A stretch of DNA of 64,000 nucleotides from Camelus dromedarius (taxonomy: Eukaryota): contig NC_087447.1 of NCBI RefSeq assembly GCF_036321535.1, forward strand, positions 42,100,001 to 42,164,000, written 5' to 3'. The notes beneath the pieces are model-generated. The model did not search any database and was not told the DNA's origin. It worked only from the letters and a program-made list of their open reading frames with translations. Shown here one piece after another: positions 37,116 through 49,853 of this stretch. A program made the position numbers and the translations under genes. Every line of letters begins with the position of its first letter. Within the stretch, counting starts at the first letter, position 1.

Positions 37116-38250
37116 CTAAAACAGAAACCAAAATTAGTCTTTCAAATTTTATTTTCAAATGTTTAGATTAAATTCAATCCTAATTATTTACACAAAAAGT
37201 ACCCATAACTTAATATTACTGATTTATTAATGCTGCCCCTTAGGCAACATCACTTAAGGTAAAAATGACCCCTGATTAATATACTACATCTAGACTTGGA
37301 GAACCAGCAACACCTGATGGGCCATGCTTTGGGCTTTCGTGAGCGCAGCAACTCCTGTACCAGAGCATGTCTCTTACAGAACCCTGGAAGATGTACCCAT
37401 GGAATTGTTAAAACAGGTGTTGTCTCCTATGGGATATGAGGCTTCTAACCCAGGGTGATTCCCACGCCCTCCTGATGCGTCTCTCCCTTCCTTGCACCAG
37501 GGATGCTGCTGCTGGCAAGCTACAATTCCCGTCCTGTACGCTTACAAGTAGACTGGTATGACCTATGGTAATCTCATGAGTCTCTATGTTTAGTTGAGTC
37601 TAAGAAGACCCCTTCCTGAGAACTGCACACCCTAAGACATTAACATACACCATCTCATCCGTGAAAACACATTATCATTTATGAATGAGATCTTAGGTAC
37701 TTTAAATGTTCTTCAACAAATACAGACACGGTAATAGTTCACATATAAATTAAAAACTCAAGATTTTATGTTCTTGAGGGCTTCACTTCTTTTTACAGGA
37801 TAGCAGCTGTGAATAAAGTGTCCTAAAGTCACCCTAAGTATTCAAAGCAATGCTCACAGCTTCTTTTGGTTTATTTATTACACTCAAAATGGCCAAGGTA
37901 TATGGTATATTCATGATTTCAAACACTGTCTTACTGATTTTTTTTTGCTTTGTTGTCTTATTTATAACTATTTTATTCAACAAATGATTCCTTAAATCAT
38001 TTAAGGAATGAGATTTAATCCCTATACTTTCTTCTTGAGTATAAGACAGAAAATAAATTCACATTAGAAAAATATTTTGTCAGTTACCTCTACTTTTTGG
38101 TTCAGAAACTATGGCAACTGTATTGCCTATATTATTTTGGAAATATAAATTTTAAGATTATTTATAAGGCTCTGGAGTCCAGAAGAAGGAAGATAAACTA
38201 CTTGAACAGCAGGGGGCAGCACGGGAAAGAGGTTAACAGTTGACTCTTAC

Positions 38251-38397
38251 CTCTACACAGCAGTTCTCATCCAAGAGAATGTCTCCTTTCTTATCTTTCA
38301 GATCCTCACTCACATAGTAAGAGATTATGCTGGGTTTTAGTACAAACCAGCGTTCAGTCCAGTTTTTCCGTCTATGGCCTTTTTTCATCATGTAACC
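38251..38397 (-). CDS. SWAP70: SWAP70 exon 5 (147 nt), PH domain
   Basis: [49 protein letters not shown]; tag| and |gtaaga. Confidence 0.97.
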
Positions 38398-40403
38398 CTA
38401 TGAAAGATCAAATCTAATATAAATGCCCATCCTTCTATTTATAAGAGCTGATTATCTCTTCCTTGATATTCTTGCCTACTCCATTATCTGATGTATGCAT
38501 GGTGTTGAACACATGAATATCAATGGTTCTTGCCCTTTGTGGATCATGAGCCTTTGAGGAACTATGAAGTCAGGGCACTGTACCCAGTCAACTTCATGCA
38601 AGCACATGCAGGTGAAATTTACACAGAATTTTAGGCACTCAAAGATATCCCCTGCCCCCTCCAAGTTATATGCAGATAAGAGACTTAGGTCTCCTGATGT
38701 TAACAGCATTGTGGGTTTTTTTTTTTTTAATTCCTTATCTTTTAGGGATACCTACTGAAATATTTATAGATAAAATGAAATGTCTGGATTTGTGTCAAGA
38801 CAATGGAGAGGTAAAGTAGGTGAGGAGAATTAACCATGTGTCGGTGATTCGATCAGGGAGGGAGTTCATTATGCTATTCTGTCTGCTCCCTTTAAAACAC
38901 ACACACACACACAAAATGATTCTCAGTAAATCTAGAGCCCCATCAATGAAAATGCTAAAAGGTATCAACGTGGCTAAGAATATCTTCTCAACCAAACACC
39001 CTCTGGCACCAACCTCTCTACTTGACCTCTCACGATTCTGGAGGATGAACTCTGCCTCAAGGAAACAGAAAAAGAACTGGACTAGTAGTTGGCATACTGC
39101 CTTCTAAGTACAGCTTCTGCACTCACACTTATTAGCCCTGTACTTCCTTCCCACATACCGGCCTCAAAGATGTGTGATTCAAAAGTTTACTCCAACAAAC
39201 TACACATTATTGTAGGCCAATGCCCTTCAGGATTGTTCAAGAGCAGCTGACATTTCAAATATTAAATCTACAGGTGCTCATAGCCTGTGATAGACTATAC
39301 ATATCGTTAAACATACGACAATAGCTTGGCTGTATCTTTTGATTGTTATACTAAGTTCTAATCATATTACGTGTTCAGTTTCCTAGTCTTTGCACGTTCA
39401 AGCCAAAGCCATCTCATACTGAAATTCACCTGTAGTTCTATACTCTGCCATCCTAATGGGCCTAGAAATCCTCTTCAGTAAAAGACCATGTCTCATACCT
39501 CTTTGTGGCACCAAAAACCTACACGAATCAAGCCTCAATTAAAATTTATCAATGGGCTGCATTTGGAGAATAGAGCAAAAACAACAATATCATCTAATGG
39601 AGCAAAGAAAGGACCAAAGTAAGGAAATCCCAAATTGGAGTTATGATTCAATATAATAATGTAAGACATTTGAAAGATCCATTAAAAATATATAAATTCT
39701 ATTTAATAATCATGAAGCTTCCCATATGTATTTCAGATGCTATGCAGGTGCTTAGAAGACAAACATTTTAATCTAATAAGATAAATGCAACTTTGCAATA
39801 TAAAGGTATTTTTTCCCAAAAGTAAGGATATTTTTCTGCTTTTTATAAAAATATAATATATACAAAGAGATTAATATATATAAACATAAAATAGTAAGTT
39901 CAATAATAAGAAAAGAACAAAGAATAAAATGCATGGAACTCTCACAATTCATAGGTGATCACTTTTAACATTCTGTCACTCACCCTTCCAGACAGCTCTA
40001 CACACACATCCCCTTACATGAAGGGGATTACAAGATACCTGCTGCTCAACAACCTGTGTTTTCTTCTTTTTCTACTGAACAACATGCCACGGGATCTTTC
40101 AGATGACTGATAATGGATGTATACGTGACGCCAAAGTACTTCAAAAATGTTTAGAAATGTGATCATTTAAACAGTCCTTTCAAAATAGTAACTTCCCAAT
40201 GCTTAACTGCACTTCAAAACTGCACCAGTGATTCTTTACAATGAAAGCCTAATACAAGACTGAGAAAATAAGAAACTTTATTCCTGTTCTAAATCAGCGT
40301 AGAAGTGTAAGTGATGTATACTTATCTTTGTGATGAAAACTTGCTGTATTGCAAATATGGCAAATTCTAAAGGTGAGGAGAAACAGTGTTACAGGACTCT
40401 TAC

Positions 40404-40631
40404 CTGTTTCAACACATCTAATATAAGCTCATTAAAGACTTCATTAATTGCCATGGACACTGTTTGCTGGTCCATGCCTTTGCTAAACTGTCCGTTTCCG
40501 ATAAGCTCAATCAGTTCCCACACGGAAAGGCCATCCTTACTGTCATCGAAGTTGATTTTATAATGTTCAAATTGTTCTTGCTGCCAACCTCCTCCCATAG
40601 CTTCTGTAAGTTTCTTAAGCAGGTATTCAAT
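40404..40631 (-). CDS. SWAP70: SWAP70 exon 4 (228 nt)
   Basis: [76 protein letters not shown]; tag| and |gtaaga. Confidence 0.97.
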
Positions 40632-41229
40632 CTATATAAAGAATTGAAAAATTATTATTTCCTAGCAAAAAAAACTTTTTAGCTTAGCTTGCATCTATGT
40701 TATTTACACTGATAAGGTCAATTTAAGAAATACTCTTGCATAGTTCCCAAACTGTATCTTTAAAGACTCACAATAGTATCAGGGAGAAGGGTATGGATAA
40801 AATGCCAATAACTCTATATTAACCTAGAATAAGTAGAGGAATAAAAAACCGGATCCTTGCACAGTATAGTAATATTTGTATACAGAACTAAAACACACTG
40901 CACACATACACTGTATATACAAACTAACAGATGTGACTTGATTACTCTCTGTTGGATTTCAACATACCAGAATACTAATTTTACTGAACCAATATGCAAG
41001 CACTAAATTGAATAAGCATCTCAAAGTATTTTCAAGTTAGTCCCCAATTTACAAATTTTCCACAAAAGTCAATTATTTGAAATTCATGCTGCTTCTTCCC
41101 ATCAGGACACTGACAATGTCGTAAACAATGGTTGAATTCCTAGCCTGGGATGGAAAAGCTAATTAAATTCTGGAACACATACCTCTGTATATAAAAATAG
41201 TAGAAAAAAACTGCTACTGAATAACTGTT

Positions 41230-41325
41230 AATATGAAAAGAATATATATATGTATAACTGAATCACTATGCTGTACACCAGAAACTAACACATTATACAT
41301 TAACTATAGTTCAATTTTTTTTAAA
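41230..41325 (+). mobile_element. Short L1 3' end
   Basis: gaaaagaatatatatatgtataactgaatcactatgctgtacaccagaaactaacac...aactatagttcaa resembles cetartiodactyl L1 3' termini. Confidence 0.75.
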
Positions 41326-42079
41326 GTTCTAAAATAGTAACGGCTAAACAAGACAGTGAAGCAGTCATACTGAATGAGAAATTGATCTCTCTTACCTTCT
41401 GGAAGACCTGGGTATCCTGCAGTGCCCAAACTCAACACGTCCAAAAACTGAATGAACCACCTCTACCTTCCGAAGAGATTCTCCTCCCACTGATTTCCGT
41501 TGGGAGCAACACATTCACCCGTGCCAGGATCCTTTTCCCACTCCCTTACATCAAATCAGTGACAAAATCCTACTGTTTTTACTTCCACTCTTTAAACCCT
41601 GCCCTGGCTCTCTATCACCTCAAAGATAAAGGCCAAGCTCCTCTGCGTCCCCTGCTGATCATGCCCCTGTCTACTAAGATGTTTTCCACCATGCCCCGCT
41701 GCAGATTTTACAGTCCACCAGCACCACCTTCACCACAGATCCCAAGTGTGTTCTCAAAAGGGCTGGTGAGAAAATATTTAAGACTTTATACACTTCTGGT
41801 ATATGTTTTTTTATTTGTTTGGTTTTTTTTAAAAAACAACCCTTTAAAAATGTAAAACTATTCTTAATACATGAGCTATACAAAAACAGGCTGAATTCAG
41901 CCAGCAAGTTGTAGTCTGCCAACACTTGCTACAGATTATAAGTAGTTCACCCATTTAACTCACTTCTTTATGCTTCTACACCTTTCCGCAAACTGTCCTC
42001 TCTGTCTAGATTACCTCTCCTCGTTTCTCTTCCTGGCTAACTAGTATCTGTTCAACTCCTACACCATCTGGAATATTCC

Positions 42080-42228
42080 CAAACAGTCCCAAATGTGCCC
42101 CAGCAGCACCTGGAAGCCTGTTGGAAATGAAGACTCTCACACCCCACCAATCACCCAAATACCAGAATCTGCACAAGAATCCCAGGTACTTCCACATGCA
42201 CATTAAAGTTTGAGAAGTGCTGCTCTGG
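42080..42228. mobile_element. MER5-like hAT remnant
   Basis: cagcagcacctggaagcctgttggaaatg...cagaatctgca...cattaaagtttgagaagtgctg. Confidence 0.6.
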
Positions 42229-45200
42229 TAAAAACTGCTCTGACCCAGATCAGGTGTCTCTCTTCTATGTCACTGCACCCAGCATACTATATTGAAATCA
42301 TCTCTATACTGATTTGCTGCCCACCCCCACCCCGTTGATTTGTTGAATTCCTTATAGGACAGACAATGTCCCACTCATCTTTGAATCTCCAGAATTCAGC
42401 ATTGTACATAGAATATAGTAGAGCTCAATTAATGAAAGGAAAATAAACTAAGCCTGGATTTTCTCATCTATGAAATGGGCATAACACCATTCACCATATA
42501 GAACTACTATAGGGATAAAATGAGACAAATACAGAACAATGTGTACAATGTCTGGCATAGTAAGTACTCCATCAATGTTACTTCCTTCTGTACTGAGTGG
42601 AATATTATTCAACCATTTTAGAAAGCATTTATGAAATAACGAAGTGAAGAAGAATACAAAAATATATCCACCTACGACTTCTAATGCATAAAAATTATGT
42701 GAATATTTTGACAAACACTAGAGGAAAACACACAAACAGTAAGTCTAATTTGTTACAGATAGGATTGTGAATTTTTTTCTTCCTCTCTTTTGCGCTTCCA
42801 ATAATTTGCTTATAATGTTGCTTGTGAAATAACATACCTTAACAGAGAAAAATGCCAACAATAGGAAAAACATGTTTGCAAAGAAATGTACATTCACAAA
42901 ATATCACAAGGTCAAAAAAATGTCAAGAGATCTATCGATGCAATCTGATGAGATATTATAAACTTCTCTAGCATAGAGATTATCTAATACCCTAAATCTA
43001 GCATACAGTAGGTGTTCAACAAATGTTTACTTGCTGAAGAAAAACACACATAGGTCTTTCTTTTCTCTTGGAGATGTATCATCTGCTGTTAAGCTTATCA
43101 GATATAATTTTCTTGGCTTTTAAACAGAAGTAACAGAGATAGACAGCAGAAAAGAGAAAAAGGAGAAGAGGAGAATGGGAAGAAGGAAGGAGAGAACAGG
43201 ACAGAAAGGAGAAGGAAAAAAGATTATAGGCAATAAGAGACAAGAGAGAAAAAGAAAGTCAATTATATAAATAATTGACTGAAGTAAAATAACTTAGAGG
43301 CACTAACAGAAACAGAAGTTCAATCTCCCCAATACAGCAAAAAGAGGGGCCCATGCTGCCTGACCACAACTCGGGATAAAGGTTGTACAGGCCATCAGTG
43401 TGGCCACATGTATGGACAGGATGACAAAAAGCGGGCGTGAGAAGATGGTGCATCAGACTGACCATCCACACTGCGAGTCAGGGATAGCCTTGGCTCTTCC
43501 TCACCTACCACGGCGAATGAACCCACGCCCCCCACGCTCGGAGCTGCCATTCTTCTTGTATACTGGATGGTCTATTACAGTGCTTCCTGTTAGCAGCAAA
43601 CTCAGCTCTAGAGGCAGCTTCCTGGTTCATCGTGAACCTTTCTGAAGGTTCCCTCTCCAACACTTCGGAGCTGGTCGTCAGCATCTGCTCAGCATTCCCG
43701 GTGACTGTGCCAGGCAACTAATCTAGATTCATTTCCTGTTGACTTTTAGCACAATCATATACTTATCATAACCAAATAACTTAAAGACCTCTTAATTCAT
43801 TATACTGGGCCAAGGAGAGACAAACATTCCCATTCTCAACTATTCAGTTACACTAAATAATACATCACGTGCTGCTGTGTTAGTCTGAGTGGCTGCATCA
43901 ATTCTAAGAGCTTATTCAGTTTCAGGAAGCAGCTTACTTCCTCCTTCCAGGGCAAGTTGCACCAAAAATAACAAAGAATAAACTTTCAAGCTGCATGTGA
44001 TTTTTGAGGCCTCTGGTTCTAAAATTTATTTTGTTAAAAGTTCTTTCCCTGTAATGCTTAAATAGGGCCTTTACTGACTTAACAACAATTCAGATTTTAT
44101 TTCACTGAGGTTCTCTTAAAACTTTTTCAGGTTTGATATTTAATTGAATGAAGGCAATTCTTCCAAATAAGCAACAGACACATCCTGTTTTGTTCTTGGC
44201 TCTGTGGGAAATGAATACTAATGTAAAAACTGTAATTTACAGACACATTTCCAGGAATATCATTTGACAAAAATTACTAAACCATCTCAAATGGGGAAAT
44301 ACCATTTCCTGACCTTCGTGTGGTAAGTTGCTTAAATATTTATTCAGTATTCTTGACACTACCTTCTGGGTGATGGGAAACTGAGTCAAAAGCAAACTTA
44401 CTTATGCCATTTATGTTATTCACAAAACCACCACTGTTACTTATATCTTATATAGTATTAATTAAAGCTGGAGAATAAAATCTTACCTAAAAACATTCTA
44501 GACTTAATCAAAAGGAAAATGATCACTATAGTAGATGATTTATTGGAAACATAAAAATTACCTTAAGTTTATAAAGCTTAAAAACTGTTGGAAATATTAC
44601 AAATCAGACTCATATATACATTCATGACAAATTAAAACATTATGCTTCAAAAATTTTTTTAAATGTATCTGTTTTAATACTAAATTTTACTAAAATCTGT
44701 AAGTCCAAAACTAGTTCAAAATTTATTTTAAATGCTATTTAAGAATTTAGGAAGGAAGCAAAACCTAACAGAAAATGGATGCCCTAGGAAATATTATGAC
44801 CCTAGTGTTTTTCATAAAATGTGCAACCTTAATTTGCAGGGCTTGAACAAAAGCCAGGAGATGTGCTAAGAGCTCAATAAACACAAGGTCGTATTTTAAA
44901 GCATAGGAGGCTGGTTCAGCAGCCAGACAAAGCAATTCCACATGAATCTGTTTTAATGACCCCTTCTTTCCCCACACAAGTACTCCTGGAGGAATCATCT
45001 GTAAAACTAACTCTAATTCTACTTCTAGCCAGAAGAAATGCTGAGCGAGTTTAGGACATCAAAACAACAGAGTAAGTCCAAACAATGACATGACAAGGTA
45101 TGCTGCCTGGCTACCCTAACAAGACAAAACAAGGCTGTTCCCTTCTCAAACGAGATTAATTTGTCTAGAAAGAGGACCAAGACATTCCTGTGAGCCAGCA

Positions 45201-47569
45201 AAGATGAAGGCAAGCAAGCTGTGGAGTCTTGGACAGGCTCTGGATGCAGAAAAATAAAGTCACGGCCCACATCAAGGCTCACGTACTTTTTTTTCGAGCC
45301 CCCTAGAGCAGAAATCTTTTGAGCGTCTTAGGCAGAGCAGTCAGGAAGCTGGTGTTGACTGGCTCCCTCCACAGCCTGGGACTCAGTGATGGTTTAAAGC
45401 CAAAGACAAGTCCTCCACATCAAGGAAGAGCTGCTTCGAGGAATAAGGTAAGTCTCCCTACTAATTTCTAATCTTTAAATCGGGACAAGGTCACTTTCAA
45501 GTCCATCATGAATATTTTAGTGATGGAGAGAACCAAAAGATCATGGGTAAGAGACCCATCCCATCTCTAGTTCCACAGAAAATACAAATAAATTTAGAAC
45601 ACGTTAAGTGTCACTACAAAACATCTTAAAAGATGATACTAGAGATTTAATCAGCATAATTCTTACAAGCAGCAGCTAGGTTTTTAAAAATACCATCAGT
45701 ATATTGTTTTCTACACCTATCTATATCCCATTCCCTTCTCTATGTCTCTGTATTAAACTAGACAATTTTTGTGGACAAAAATTCCATAGCATGTTTTAGT
45801 TTTTACTGCCCATTTAACACATGTGCACCATTACATCATAATTGTTACTAAGCACTAAGAAACTGTTCCCACCACTACAGCGAAACTGCCTTTTCCTTGA
45901 TTACCAATGACCATCCAATTGTTAAATCCAAGGGCAACTTCTCACTTATCACCCTCCAATTTTTCAGTAGCATCTAATGCCAGTAACTACCTTTCTGCTG
46001 CTTAGAACTTCTCCTGTCTTTGCTGCCTGTGACTCAACACTCTCCCAGTTCTCCTCCTGCCTCTCAGACTATCCAATTCAGCTTCCTTTACCAAGTCGAC
46101 TTCCTCCCCTGCTACAGAAAGGGGCCTGGAGGTTCTGTCCTTGGCCCTCACTTCTCCCACGACCGTTTCTTCCTCCCTGATCTAACCTACTCCCTTGGCT
46201 TCCCTGTCTCTAGCTCCAGGCTAGCCTCTCACAAGCTCTAAACGTGCTCTTCCAATTGAAACAGGACAGATCCACAAGAATGTTCCTCTCAAAATGCCAA
46301 ATGTACCAAGCCCATTGTCATACATTATATCCCTAATTTGTTCATCACCCTGCCATTCATTCATACATACCTCCCCCCAGCCTCGACTGAGTGAGCACTT
46401 ACTGTGGTAAATGTTTGACATACATCAACTATTTTAGTCCTCATAAGAGTCCAAAGAAGAAAGTAGTTATTCCCATTTTACAGGTCGGGGAACCCAAACA
46501 GATTAATCTGTTCAAGGTCACCCAGCTAAAAAGTAGTTGAGTCTGGATTTAAACCAGGCTGTCTGATTTCAAAGACCATGCTTTAAACAACTACACTATA
46601 TTATCTCCCAGACCTGAAGTTGCCTAGACTTGTCTACTATCTCCCCACGGCCAGCACACTCTAGTTAGAAAGGACATGTATCATCCTTCTTGTCTGCTCA
46701 GCAATGAACCCCTTTCTTATGTCTGGGGAATTCTCAATGCAGAAGCTAAAAATGCAAACAGACTCTTTCCAGGCCTGCTCTGTAGCTAGCTCACAGTACC
46801 TGACCTAGGCCATAACAATGAGATGCATCATGCACTGCCTGTACACTGGGAAGTGGGCCCAGAAACCTCTGTGGCAGCAAGAACAGTTGCGGGAAGATCT
46901 GAGTTCTTGGGCAGCACCCCACGTGCAGGGCCACGGGTGTTCCACGGTACAAGTGCAATACCCACCTTCCCCGCAGTCCCTCACCTGAGTGACCAGCACA
47001 GTTTCAGACTGCAGAGCCTCCATACCTGGTTTTCAGCCTTATAGCCATTATGGAAGCTACCTCACATCCTTTTTAAAAATTCTTTTTGGCTTATGTCAGC
47101 CAGTCTGGTTGCTTGCAAGACTGGCAACTCAGTCAAGCTGGATACCTCAAACAGATCTCAGACATGCCCTTTGTCTTCCTGCTTCACATAACCTTGCCCA
47201 CTGCTCCTTCCATCCAGAACTCTTCTCCTCTGCCTTCTCCACTAGTCAAAATTCTTCCCATCTCTTAAGGCCCAGTGTAAGTTCCACTTTCCCCATAAAC
47301 ATAATAGCTAATACTTAATGTATACTTTCTAAGGGCCAGGCATTCTTCTCATCTGATCTTTGCAAAAAACAGTAGGAGGTAGATACTAGCATTAGCTTTA
47401 TTTTACAGTTGAGGAAACTGCAGCAAAAACTAATTCAGCAAATTGCCCAAGGTCACATAACTAGTCCACAGTGATGGAGCCAGAATTCAAATCCAAGAAA
47501 TCTGACTCCAGACCGCTGCTCTTAACCAGGTAACACCAAATCATAATCCACGAGTCATATCTACCCTAA

Positions 47570-47888
47570 CAGCCAAACCTGGCTCTCAGCCTGTTTTCAC
47601 ACACCCATGTTCTAAGCACAGTTTTTACATTTTTTAAGTGGTTGGGGAGGCGGGGTGGGAATTAAAACAATAATACTATATGGTCCTTGAAAATTATATG
47701 AAATTCAAATTTCAATATCCATAAATAAAAGTTTTATTAAAGTACAGCAACGTAGAGTCTGCGGCTGCTTTCACACTATGAACAGCAGAGTTGAGTAGCA
47801 GTAACAGACAGAATACGGCCCAGAAAGCCCACAAAACCTCCAGTATTTACTGTCTGGTCCTTTCCTGGAAAAGTTTAAGACCTTGCTT
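47570..47888. mobile_element. MER58-like hAT DNA transposon
   Basis: aattatatgaaattcaaatttcaatatccataaataaaagttttatt...gagttgagtagc...tatttactgtctggtcctttc. Confidence 0.7.
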
Positions 47889-48589
47889 TTAACCACTACA
47901 TTCATTATATTGCCTCTCTTAAAAAGCCTTCCCAATCCCTGACTTCCTGCAAGCTGGAATAAATCTTTCCCTTTTCTGCATTTGCATGGCATTTGCATCG
48001 CTCTTATAACAGGTAGTCTATTTCATTTTGAATTACACTTGATATTTTTTCCCCCTTGAGCTGACTGCAAATTCCTTGAAGGCAGGAAGTCATCTTTTTC
48101 ACTTTGTATTCCTCTTGTTGCCTCGTTTATTGTTGGGAATTGAAAAACGCTTGCTGATTTGAAATAAAAGACTGCAATGTGAACTTTTAAACAGATTTTC
48201 CTAACATGAAGGTGAATCATAGAAATAAATCACAAACCAGACTCCATGTTGGCAGCATGGGTAATAACGGGCACCCTCAGTCACTACTGGTAGGTGTATA
48301 AATTGGTACAGGCTTTCTGAAGGGCGATTCTGCCCCGTTCATCTAATACCTTGAAAGTGTACGTTTCCTAGGACTCAGAATTCCATTGCTGGAAATTTAT
48401 CCTACGGAAATAAGCAGACTAGTGTGCAAAAATGTATGCAATAATACTAGTCTACATTAGATTTTACAGTAGAATACGTACGTACTACAGTATTTACTGA
48501 GTACATACTCTATGCCAGGCACTGAGCTAGGGCCTTTAATTTTTACCCTAGTCACAATTTTATTTAACTATTATTTTTTTAATTTTAGA

Positions 48590-48897
48590 TTTATTTTTGA
48601 TTGAGGTAACACATTGGTTTATAACACTAAATAAGTTTCATGTATTCAACACTGTATTTCTATCTCTGTATACACTACAGTGTACTTACCACCAAAAGTT
48701 TAGTTTCCATCCTTCCCCTTACATTTGACCCTCTTTACCTATTTCACGTGCCCCACCCCCACTTCCCTTCTGATAACCACTGCTCTGTTCTCTGTATCTA
48801 CATGTTTATTTTTGTTTGGTTTGTTCAATTATTTTGTTTGTTTATATATATGAGTGAAATCATACAGTATTCACCTTTCTCTGACTTATTTCACTTA
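48590..48897 (-). mobile_element. L1 3' end fragment, antisense to the plus strand
   Basis: T-rich tail, then cattggtttataacact...tgataaccactgctctgttctctgtatct...tgagtgaaatcatacagtatt...ctgacttatttcactta. Confidence 0.8.
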
Positions 48898-49679
48898 CTC
48901 AGTCCTTTAAATGCAGCACCTCCCAACTCTTAAACACTGTTATGAGCCCTATTTTATACATGAGGAAATTAAAACTCAAGAGGTTAAATAAATTGTCCAA
49001 GGTTAGAAGATTACAGACGATTTTTTTTAAGGGGAGGACCACAGCTGATTAATCTGCATATTCTTAGTCTTTTCTAAATTTGCTACTGTAATAAGCATGT
49101 ATTACTTGCATCATTTTTTAGGGCAGTAGATAGCACAGAAACCTTACTCTTGTATTTTTTCCCCCACTTTGGAAGTTCAGGGAAAATAACCCAGAACAAA
49201 ACAAGCAAATGTCTTTTACATTTACTTTGGAAAGTATAGTTTAAAAAGTTTCCATCCTTGACTTTGAAACAAGAAGAGTATTTTCTCACATAAATCAGCC
49301 TTGGGAACCACATTCTGGATCCTATGTGTTTCCCATATAGCATCACTTGGCCAGTTCTTAGGGTTTTGACAATACATAACTAGAAAGAAAATTATGTTGT
49401 GACTTGTACTGAATAAAGACTCTTTAAACATGAGGATGGATTCATCTATAAGTGTAGCACTTTACAGAGGAAGAGTCCCACACTGTCTGCAAGGGTATTG
49501 CATGACTCCAAATGACTAAATTTTGGACTTTTTTGGATTCAAGCTTTTTTGCCTCTGATCCAAAAACACTAGTATAGGATCTCCTTCCATAGTTACACCA
49601 AACTAACACAAATACTTCCAAGTCGGATTTATTAAATGCTAAGACGGCCATGTAAAAACTTCCAAGAGCCACACCTTAC

Positions 49680-49853
49680 CTCTTCTGGCACAATAATTAA
49701 TGGATACTTGTCCTCAGATAAAAAGTTGAAGATAACCCATACTTTAAATGCATCTTCTTCTGTAATGAGCAGGGGACTCTTTGTGAGGTTTTTTTTGACA
49801 CAGAGGGTCCAACACATCCTATTGAATTCAATCTTGTCAAAGTTGTCTTGGAC
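49680..49853 (-). CDS. SWAP70: SWAP70 exon 3 (174 nt)
   Basis: [58 protein letters not shown]; tag| and |gtaagg. Confidence 0.97.

Noticed and set aside
43135..43260. Purine-rich tract
   Set aside because: Ordinary GA-rich low-complexity sequence without a defined repeat unit.
43505..43717. ORF containing EAASRA, as in SWAP70 exon 8, suggesting an exon duplicate
   Set aside because: The match is limited to six residues with different codons, no flanking similarity and no good acceptor.
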